From an uncultured Candidatus Saccharibacteria bacterium (GTDB taxonomy: Bacteria > Patescibacteriota > Minisyncoccia > Phycocordibacterales > JACOZG01), in contig CAZYLF010000001.1 in the NCBI GenBank assembly GCA_964648765.1, positions 12,155-76,154 on the forward strand: 64,000 bases of DNA. Reading direction: 5' to 3'. A program made the translations under genes and the position numbers. Below, in pieces: positions 38,306-45,335 of the stretch. The notes beneath the pieces were generated by a model. It made no database searches, was not told the DNA's origin, and saw only the letters and a program-made list of their open reading frames with translations. The first letter of the stretch is position 1. Every line of letters starts with the position of its first letter.

Positions 38306-39072
38306 CTTATCTCTAAACTTACAGGGCAATGATCCGAACCATAAATATCTTTTAAAATTTCTGCACTTTTTACCTTTTTCTCTAAATCTTTAGAAACAAA
38401 AAAATAATCAATTCTCCAGCCCACGTTACGATCGCGAGCGTTCGACTTCTGATCCCACCAACTATAATTCTCACCTTTTTTATTAAACATTCTGAAAGTG
38501 TCAACAAAGCCGAGCTTAATGATTTCATCCATCCAGGCTCGTTCTCCGGGCAAGAATCCCGACACGTCTTGGTTCTCCTTCGGTCGCGCCAAATCAATTT
38601 CTGTGTGAGCGGTGTTTACATCACCACAAAAAATTACTGATTTTTTCTTCTTCAGCAAATCTCCTAAATAACTTTTGAACTGCTCATAAAACTTCATTTT
38701 ATAATCCAAGCGCTCTTGGCGGGCCTTGCCGTTAGGAAAGTAGATATTAAAAAATTCAAAATCGGGGAAGCTGAGCTGGATCAATCTCCCCTCTTTGGTC
38801 AGGAGATCATATTTGCCAAAATCTTTAGTAACTTTTTCCGGCTTAATTTTAGAATAAATTACAACACCGCTGTAGCCTTTTCTCTCAGTTGAATAATCCC
38901 AAAATGATTCGTAACCTTTCGGCCTTGTTAGCGCGTCAGATAATTTGGTATCAGCCGAAACCTTGGTTTCTTGCAGGCCGACAATATCGTATTCAACACC
39001 CTCAAGAATCTTGAGCGCATCTTTACGCTCCACCGCCCGCAAACCGTTAACATTCCAAGATAGTAATTTCAT
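38302..39072 (-). CDS. xth: exodeoxyribonuclease III
   Basis: SWNVNGLRA, QETK, GDVNTAH, GWRIDY, GSDHCP. Confidence 0.95.
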   Translation of the reverse strand: MKLLSWNVNGLRAVERKDALKILEGVEYDIVGLQETKVSADTKLSDALTRPKGYESFWDYSTERKGYSGVVIYSKIKPEKVTKDFGKYDLLTKEGRLIQLSFPDFEFFNIYFPNGKARQERLDYKMKFYEQFKSYLGDLLKKKKSVIFCGDVNTAHTEIDLARPKENQDVSGFLPGERAWMDEIIKLGFVDTFRMFNKKGENYSWWDQKSNARDRNVGWRIDYFFVSKDLEKKVKSAEILKDIYGSDHCPVSLEIR

Positions 39073-39653
39073 AAAATATTTTTAAAATCTTTTTTCAATT
39101 CAGGAATTTTGCCAGCATTATAAACTCCCACGGCTGGATGATAAAGCGACACGAACTTCACCTTACCATATGGCATTTCGGCTTCAAACTTTTTACCATG
39201 CAATTTACTAATCGGTTCAAACAAGTGCATCAAATTAAATTTCTCCATCAAATATTTCATCGAGTGCCTCCCAAGCGAGGCCACGGTTTTAGGTTTTATT
39301 ATTTCTAACTGTCGATCAAGGAAAGGGCCATAAAGTCTAATTTCTTCTGGTGTTGGGTCGCGATTCTCTGGCGGTCGATCCTTCACAATATTGGTTATGT
39401 AAACTTTATCTCGCGCGAGTCCCGCTGAAGCTAGAAGTTGATCGAGTACGCGTCCAGATGATCCACAAAATGGTCGGCCAGTTTTAGCCTCATTTTGCCC
39501 TGGTGCCTCACCCACCAACATTATTTCCGCCGAGTGACTCCCCTCGCCAATAACGGGAAAGAAATTATTTTCAGTGCGATAAGAATAAAGTGGAGAAGAA
39601 ACTAAATTTAAAACTTCGTTTTTTATTTGTTTGAGTTGTTCAGTTCTCGGCAT
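39069..39653 (-). CDS. uracil-DNA glycosylase family 4
   Basis: VGEAPG, GRPFCG, RPPENRDP, YHPA. Confidence 0.92.
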   Translation of the reverse strand: MPRTEQLKQIKNEVLNLVSSPLYSYRTENNFFPVIGEGSHSAEIMLVGEAPGQNEAKTGRPFCGSSGRVLDQLLASAGLARDKVYITNIVKDRPPENRDPTPEEIRLYGPFLDRQLEIIKPKTVASLGRHSMKYLMEKFNLMHLFEPISKLHGKKFEAEMPYGKVKFVSLYHPAVGVYNAGKIPELKKDFKNIL

Positions 39654-40086
39654 GGTCGCCAGCTCGAGCCTTCAATTTATTCTCGATCATCCAAAGTACT
39701 ACAAGCACAAACAGAGTAAGAATGAGTGCAATAATCGAAAGGAAGTAAAGTCCAAAGCCGGCGGCGATTCCGAGACCCGCTGACACCCAAAGTCCTGCGG
39801 CCGTGGTTAAACCACTTAACTTTGATTCTTTAAAAATAATTAAACCTGCACCCAAGAAGCCGATGCCCACCACCACTTGCGAAGCCATACGGATTGGATC
39901 AATACCATAACCACCGGCGGTTTGAGCAACCACCTCACCAATAATTACAAACAAAGCTGAGCCTAAACTCACCAAGGCAAAGGTGCGTAATCCGGCCACC
40001 TTGTGGGCCAAAGTGCGCTCGAGACCCAAGAAACCGCCTAATAATAAGGCGAGCACTAAACGTAAAATGATTTCCCAGTATTCCAT
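39640..40086 (-). CDS. MgtC/SapB family membrane protein
   Basis: GLER..AGLRTF, DPIRMASQVVVGIGFLGAG, GLTTAA. Confidence 0.92.
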   Translation of the reverse strand: MEYWEIILRLVLALLLGGFLGLERTLAHKVAGLRTFALVSLGSALFVIIGEVVAQTAGGYGIDPIRMASQVVVGIGFLGAGLIIFKESKLSGLTTAAGLWVSAGLGIAAGFGLYFLSIIALILTLFVLVVLWMIENKLKARAGDHAEN

Positions 40087-40088
40087 AA

Positions 40089-40541
40089 TTACTTCATTAT
40101 ATCAGCACAAGCCACAAGTTCAATTAAAGGCTCGAGGCCTGAAAAGACTTTAAGCGAAAGCGGGGCTTGATCTAGTAAGGTGCTTGGCAACATCTCTAGC
40201 GTGGTTTCAGACCGTTCATTTACTATTTTATTTACAGGCCAAAGCGGAGTTGTAAATTCATCTTTACACTCACCCGTGTGGAGTGCCGCGAGCTCTGGAG
40301 TATCCTTTTCTCCACCAGAAAGTTTAATGGAAATTAAAGTGAAATCATCTGGTTTAGTTTGTGTAATCTCCACCTCGCCCTTCCGGCCTGAATCATTTAC
40401 TTCATTAATTTTAAAATTAAATTTACTTACCTCATTTTTGTCTTCAAATTTTACTTCCGTTTGGACATCGTTTGGTTTAATAAATTGCCACGCTAAAAAA
40501 ACTACTAACCCAAGAACAATAATAAAAAATAATTTTTTCAT
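40089..40541 (-). CDS. exported hypothetical protein (CHRD/CuZn-SOD-like beta fold possible)
   Basis: signal/TM; NDSG, LHTGEC, VACADI. Confidence 0.5.
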   Translation of the reverse strand: MKKLFFIIVLGLVVFLAWQFIKPNDVQTEVKFEDKNEVSKFNFKINEVNDSGRKGEVEITQTKPDDFTLISIKLSGGEKDTPELAALHTGECKDEFTTPLWPVNKIVNERSETTLEMLPSTLLDQAPLSLKVFSGLEPLIELVACADIMK

Positions 40542-40545
40542 AATT

Positions 40546-41352
40546 TTAATTAAATAATGTGGATTGAGGGTTAGGATTTTTACGTTTAGCTACTTCATGA
40601 TTTCTGAAGGCCATGCCAGCATGCTCTCGATAAAGACAATAATCGCAAGCAGTATCAGCCGGTGGAATATCTTGGCCGACCAAACACTCTTTTAACTTTA
40701 ACAAAGTTGGCTCTACCCAAGAAGGGTCGCCATCGTATGGAATTAACTTAACCTCAAACTCTAACTTAGCATCAAAAGCTTCGGCATCACGCTTACCATT
40801 TACATACACAAAGTAACCGGTGGGAGAAACCTTGAATCCATTCTGTCGGAATAGCCACTGATAAATCTCCATCTGATTTTTATAACCCTTTTGCCACTCG
40901 GCATCCAAACTCACCTCCTCATCTTTACTCGTGGCTTTATAATCCACCACGATTAAATCACCGTTTTCTAATTGCCACACATCATCCACGGCGCCGGTGA
41001 TTAATAAATTAGTTGGCGAGTGTAAATGTTCCACGCCCACAAAATTCTCTCGCCACTTGTCTAAATCTTTGTGTTTAAATGGGATGGCCTTAACTCCATA
41101 ACTTTTCATCAGTGGATGCGCCTCGCCCAGCCGCCGATGTGAGTCAAACTCTTTTTTAAGCAAATGATCAACTGCCGCGTTTAAGGAGAAAGGGAAACCT
41201 GGCGGTTGGTCAACACCCAAACGACGGTCTAGGTAAAAACAGCGCGGGCAACGCAAATAATTCTCAATTTTTGAGCGACTTAGGCGGTATGGTTTTTTAT
41301 CCTCCGGATCAAAAATATTTCTTGACCTTTGCCCTCGATAATACTGTGACAT
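40546..41352 (-). CDS. PD-(D/E)xK nuclease family protein (AddB/Cas4-like)
   Basis: LSRSKI...CPRCFY, GAVDD, VVDYKAT, QMEIY, CDYC. Confidence 0.88.
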   Translation of the reverse strand: MSQYYRGQRSRNIFDPEDKKPYRLSRSKIENYLRCPRCFYLDRRLGVDQPPGFPFSLNAAVDHLLKKEFDSHRRLGEAHPLMKSYGVKAIPFKHKDLDKWRENFVGVEHLHSPTNLLITGAVDDVWQLENGDLIVVDYKATSKDEEVSLDAEWQKGYKNQMEIYQWLFRQNGFKVSPTGYFVYVNGKRDAEAFDAKLEFEVKLIPYDGDPSWVEPTLLKLKECLVGQDIPPADTACDYCLYREHAGMAFRNHEVAKRKNPNPQSTLFN

Positions 41353-41420
41353 GCGGAGATTGTAGCATAAGTGCTACACTGGTTAAGGATAGAACTTTGT
41401 TTAAACGAAAGGAGGTAATC

Positions 41421-42293
41421 ATGGTAAAGTCTGACGAATTCGGGCCAATCCCAGGATATGATTGGCAAAAGGTAACTGTGGTTGCCTTTGTGCACGTTGT
41501 GGCATTTTTCGGAATACTTTGTTGGTGTTTAGGTGTTGAAAGTGTGACTGGCACCTGGCGGAGCGGCGTACTTGCGGTGGTGTGGTTTGTTCTCACCTCC
41601 ACCGCCATCACGGCGGGTTATCATCGCTACTTCTCTCATCGCTCACATAAAGCGAGGGGGGTTTTGGAATGGTATTACCTGCTATTTGGCGCAGGAGCCT
41701 TTCAAGGTTCAGCTATTAGTTGGCCGGCACTCCACCGTGCCCACCACACATATGTGGATAAAGGTGGTGATCCGTACAACGCCAAACGAGGATTCCTTTG
41801 GGCGCATTTGGGTTGGGTACTACGAAAAACTTACCCAGATGAAAAAATGGTTAAGGATTTACTCAAGAACCCACGCGTGGCCTGGCAAAACAAGTGGGAT
41901 CTGCCACTTGAAGTAACAATGACGTTTATTGTGCCGATGATTATTGGCGGCCTCTTGTTTGGCGAATGGTTAGGGAGCTTGATGACCGCTGGATTTATCA
42001 AACTTTTAATCCAGTGGCACATGACCTTCAGCGTAAACTCGATCGCTCACTTTTTTGGCGATCAAGAATACAACACCGAGAACACCTCGCGTTCAAGTTT
42101 TATTGTTTCTCTCCTCACTTGGGGCGAGGGCAATAGTCACAATCGACACCACGATCTGCCGCACGATTACCGTACCGGTATTGAGTGGTGGGCCTTTGAT
42201 CCGGCGAAGTGGTTTATTTGGACTTGTTCAAAAATTGGACTAGCTTCTAATTTGCGAATTTCGCGTGTGTTACCAAACAAAAAAGCCGCGTAA
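41421..42293 (+). CDS. delta-9-type acyl-CoA/acyl-lipid desaturase
   Basis: His boxes GYHRYFSHRS, HRAHH, GEGNSHNRHH; DP..RGFLWAHLGW; SD GGAGG before ATG 41421. Confidence 0.92.
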   Translation: MVKSDEFGPIPGYDWQKVTVVAFVHVVAFFGILCWCLGVESVTGTWRSGVLAVVWFVLTSTAITAGYHRYFSHRSHKARGVLEWYYLLFGAGAFQGSAISWPALHRAHHTYVDKGGDPYNAKRGFLWAHLGWVLRKTYPDEKMVKDLLKNPRVAWQNKWDLPLEVTMTFIVPMIIGGLLFGEWLGSLMTAGFIKLLIQWHMTFSVNSIAHFFGDQEYNTENTSRSSFIVSLLTWGEGNSHNRHHDLPHDYRTGIEWWAFDPAKWFIWTCSKIGLASNLRISRVLPNKKAA

Positions 42294-42302
42294 AAACAAA
42301 AC

Positions 42303-42340
42303 AGGGGCGAATGCACAAGTGCATCCGCCCCCTTTTTTTT
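42303..42340. terminator. intrinsic terminator between convergent genes
   Basis: aggggcg-atgcac/gtgcat-cgcccc stem followed by T8. Confidence 0.75.
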
Positions 42341-42986
42341 ACTCGCCTCTCTGGTGGGCTTTCCCCACGTCCAGTCCCGAACGAAGCTTCCTCTTTTTCT
42401 TTGTGGCCTCCTGCACCAACGATCGCGGATCTGCGCAGTGCACCCACGTGCCACCATCCCGAGACTGCGCGTCAGGCTTGTAGCGTTCCCACTTCAGGCC
42501 ACCCATCTCGGAGAGCAGCATTGAGCCGTCACTCGTCTCCAGAGCGGTGAGGTGGATGTCGTAGCCAGCCTTCTCAGCGAGCTGCCATAACGTCACTCCC
42601 TCAACAGGTGTGAGGGGTGAGAAGTCCAACCCCTCATCCAGCCCTTCCATCACGAGCGACACCCGAAAGGTGCCGAAGGCGCGCTTGGCATACTCACCAA
42701 CAAATGCCCAGCGCTCCGCACGGAGCTTGCCGTCACCCGAAGGTTCCCCCTCAATGAAGACGACGGTCTTCCCGACCATGTCTTCGTTCACATCCGCTGC
42801 CCCATGGGCAGAAATGTGAATTTTGGGCAGGGCGTACTTCCGATCTGGCATTACCCGACCGTAGGTCTTCTTGTGAAGACCGAAAATGAGCTGCGTCTCA
42901 GCCTCGTAGGCAAAGACAAGTCCACGGTCCGCCAAAACCTTGGTGATTGTTGCCACACGCACTCGGCCGTTCTTCTTGCCCAACAT
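42339..42986 (-). CDS. hypothetical protein with possible divergent cold-shock/OB-like N-terminal domain (cassette 4)
   Basis: ATITKVLADRGLVFA...GKTVVF...KLRAERWAF; SD GGGAG before MLGKK. Confidence 0.6.
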   Translation of the reverse strand: MLGKKNGRVRVATITKVLADRGLVFAYEAETQLIFGLHKKTYGRVMPDRKYALPKIHISAHGAADVNEDMVGKTVVFIEGEPSGDGKLRAERWAFVGEYAKRAFGTFRVSLVMEGLDEGLDFSPLTPVEGVTLWQLAEKAGYDIHLTALETSDGSMLLSEMGGLKWERYKPDAQSRDGGTWVHCADPRSLVQEATKKKRKLRSGLDVGKAHQRGE

Positions 42987-43057
42987 AATAGTTCTCCCAT
43001 ATCTCAATGTTCACTTTAGGGGGGGCGACAATCGCCTACTCCATTTGTTTGTTTCCG

Positions 43058-43093
43058 ACTTACATCCTACACTATTTTAAACTAAAAGTCAAG
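43058..43093 (-). promoter_or_regulatory. promoter A, copy 1
   Basis: TTGACT-N17-TAGGAT; 36-bp exact repeat of 43848-43883. Confidence 0.8.
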
Positions 43094-43112
43094 TACTAAT
43101 TAAACAAAAAAA

Positions 43113-43145
43113 TGGGTCGGTCAATGTTTTCACATCAACCGGCCC
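43113..43145 (-). terminator. terminator, cassette family
   Basis: gggtcggtcaatg-tttt-cacatcaaccggccc preceded by A-run. Confidence 0.65.
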
Positions 43146-43184
43146 GGCATTTGGCCCCCGCCATTTGCCTACCCCCTTTGAGAA

Positions 43185-43790
43185 CTACTTAGCCGCACCC
43201 ACCGCCGCCCGCTCACGTTGAAGCCTACGCAACTTCTTCGTCTTCGCCGGTCGGAGGTAGAAAGGACGAGCATTCTTCCTATTTCCGTCGGGTGGAACCA
43301 TGATCACCTGTCGACCCGAACGCGACAGCTCCTTCCAATCAAGCTCAATTGCTCGCTCCAAGCTTGGCGGTTTCAGACAATCTTCTTCATCACGAACCTT
43401 CTTGAGCATGGCTTGTTCCGCTTCAATGCGCTTCAGATTCTTCTCAACCTGAAACATCTCGCGATCACACTCCATCACAAACTCAAGCTGATCGGTTCGC
43501 GCTGACTCGAACTGTCCCAAGTGACACCAGCCAGTGGCGCTTGGGTTCTTCTTTGCCGCGTCTTCGGCCGAAACCGAGGCGATAACGACAATGGTCTTTC
43601 CGGCCACGGGCGGGACAATCTCGTCCCCATGAACTTCCTGAAATGAGAGGTTGCCCTTTCCCCAATCGAAACTGACGTCACGACAACCCAGCTGCCCGAA
43701 CCAGTACTCGACACCATTCGCATCAACGGCTTTGCCCCAAAAGAGGCCATTTGCAGCTGTCACTACCGTTCTGACTGTCACATTGAACAT
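43185..43790 (-). CDS. hypothetical protein with possible divergent cold-shock/OB-like N-terminal domain (cassette 3)
   Basis: GLFWGKAVDANGVEYWF...GKTIVV...SATGW; basic C-terminal tail; SD GGAG. Confidence 0.6.
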   Translation of the reverse strand: MFNVTVRTVVTAANGLFWGKAVDANGVEYWFGQLGCRDVSFDWGKGNLSFQEVHGDEIVPPVAGKTIVVIASVSAEDAAKKNPSATGWCHLGQFESARTDQLEFVMECDREMFQVEKNLKRIEAEQAMLKKVRDEEDCLKPPSLERAIELDWKELSRSGRQVIMVPPDGNRKNARPFYLRPAKTKKLRRLQRERAAVGAAK

Positions 43791-43847
43791 CGCTTTCTCC
43801 GTAAAGATCTGCCCATTATCTCCACCACACGGCGAAGATTTATATCA

Positions 43848-43883
43848 ACTTACATCCTACACTATTTTAAACTAAAAGTCAAG
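43848..43883 (-). promoter_or_regulatory. promoter A, copy 2
   Basis: identical to 43058-43093. Confidence 0.8.
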
Positions 43884-43904
43884 GGGTAATGAGGTAAAGA
43901 AATA

Positions 43905-43934
43905 GGCCAGTTAGTGTCTTCACACTAACTGGCC
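43905..43934 (-). terminator. terminator, cassette family
   Basis: ggccagttagtgt-cttc-acactaactggcc perfect hairpin. Confidence 0.75.
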
Positions 43935-43957
43935 CGTCCGCACTCTGCGGGGCTATA

Positions 43958-44485
43958 CTAGCCAACCAATTCGGCAAACTGACTGAGCAGCTCCTGACTC
44001 TGCGCCTGGAGCTTCTGCTCCCCTTCTTCCTGCGCCGCTTCGAGATTTTCAACGAGCTCCCAGTACAACTTGGACGCCTCGTCCAGATCGAACGTTTCGC
44101 CAGAGACGTACTGTTCCAGTTCCCACGCCATCTGGCGAATGTCGTTGATGTCGTCCTCACTTACATTTTGGAGATCATCAATCGCAACTTTCAAGTTCGG
44201 AATCGTCGATGACCTCAGGAATTTCACCTGCTTGTTTCTGAAATGCTGCGTCACTTCGACGAGCACATCAACCGCGCGCTGCGGCGCAGTCCCCCACAGC
44301 GTGACGACATCCTTAATCTTCTGTTTGATGTCTGCCGTAAGTATGAAATGCCGAAATCGCGAGCGGCCATCACCCACCTCTTCACCTTTGAGATCCCTCC
44401 CCGTGGCCTTCTCAATCTCCACCTTGAGTGTATTGAGAAGCCCAGTGAAAAGTGCAACGGTTGGTACAGTGTTTGGTCCTGCCAT
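43958..44485 (-). CDS. hypothetical helical protein, paralog of 44660-45241 (cassette 2)
   Basis: SD AAGGAG before MAGPNT; motifs shared with neighbour. Confidence 0.7.
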   Translation of the reverse strand: MAGPNTVPTVALFTGLLNTLKVEIEKATGRDLKGEEVGDGRSRFRHFILTADIKQKIKDVVTLWGTAPQRAVDVLVEVTQHFRNKQVKFLRSSTIPNLKVAIDDLQNVSEDDINDIRQMAWELEQYVSGETFDLDEASKLYWELVENLEAAQEEGEQKLQAQSQELLSQFAELVG

Positions 44486-44543
44486 GTGATTCTCCTTCCA
44501 AATCAAGTTGCTTTTGCAGTGCCGAAGTGACACTACCTGCAGT

Positions 44544-44575
44544 CCATTATACACGAATCAAGATATTTGTCAAGC
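44544..44575 (-). promoter_or_regulatory. promoter B, copy 1
   Basis: TTGACA-N16-TATAAT; 31/32 identical to 45301-45332. Confidence 0.8.
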
Positions 44576-44614
44576 CCCCCCCTTCACACGGGTCGCTTTT
44601 GGGACAAATGAAAA

Positions 44615-44645
44615 GGCCGGTTGATGTTTTTAATACCAACCGGCC
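44615..44645 (-). terminator. terminator, cassette family
   Basis: ggccggttg...caaccggcc preceded by aaaa. Confidence 0.7.
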
Positions 44646-44659
44646 CGGCTATTGCCTAG

Positions 44660-45241
44660 TTACATGATATCAGCAAACTGCTCGACCAGGGACTGGCCCT
44701 GGTTTGCGAGCGCCGCCTGCTTTTGGGCCTCGCTCTGCTGCTCGCGCTGCTTGGCCGCCTGCGCTTGCGCCTTCTTGCGATCGGCGTTCCGCTTCTCCTG
44801 AGCGGTGACGGCAGCTTCGCAAGTGTCGACAATCACCCAGTAGTCCTTCGACGCCTTGGTGACATCCACATTCTTGCTTTCAACCGCGCACGTGTCCAAC
44901 GCTTGGAGCAACAATCGGGCCGGATCGAGAAGATCATTCTCGACACCCTTGGTCGAAAGCTCCGCGATGAGCGATGCTAGCTTCTCCGTCGCGTGGGCCC
45001 GCAGGTACGCAACCTGTTGGCGCTTGAAGTGACTCTCCGCATTTCGGAGTGTTTCAACCGCCTCCTCGGACTTCCCTTCGCCCCACTGCGCGGCCGCCGT
45101 CCGGATCTTCTCCCGGATCTTGAACGAGAGTTCAAATCCAACAAAGCACGGGCGGCCACCATTGGCGCCAACTGCGGCGATGATGACAGCTTTGAAAGCC
45201 GCCATCATTTCACAAAACTGCTTGTAGGTAACGCTGACCAT
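44660..45241 (-). CDS. hypothetical helical protein, paralog of 43958-44485 (cassette 1)
   Basis: SD AGAGGAG; FELSFKIREKIRTAAAQWG, ASKDYW, QFADIM. Confidence 0.7.
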   Translation of the reverse strand: MVSVTYKQFCEMMAAFKAVIIAAVGANGGRPCFVGFELSFKIREKIRTAAAQWGEGKSEEAVETLRNAESHFKRQQVAYLRAHATEKLASLIAELSTKGVENDLLDPARLLLQALDTCAVESKNVDVTKASKDYWVIVDTCEAAVTAQEKRNADRKKAQAQAAKQREQQSEAQKQAALANQGQSLVEQFADIM

Positions 45242-45300
45242 AATTCGTCTCCTCTATCTCAACGAACGTTCTGAGGTGCCGCATTGACACCATCTACCTA

Positions 45301-45332
45301 CCATTATACACGAATCAGGATATTTGTCAAGC
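45301..45332 (-). promoter_or_regulatory. promoter B, copy 2
   Basis: TTGACA-N16-TATAAT. Confidence 0.8.
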
Positions 45333-45335
45333 GCT

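Noticed and set aside
40546-41352. Nuclease read as Cas4 of a CRISPR system
   Set aside because: No array, cas1 or cas2 nearby; it heads a DNA-repair gene run (udg, xth, holA), consistent with a stand-alone PD-(D/E)xK protein.
43058-45332. Repeats read as a CRISPR array or integron attC sites
   Set aside because: The repeats are ~750-800 bp apart and match promoter consensus; the hairpins have GTT before AAC (opposite to attC), and no integrase or cas gene is in the window.
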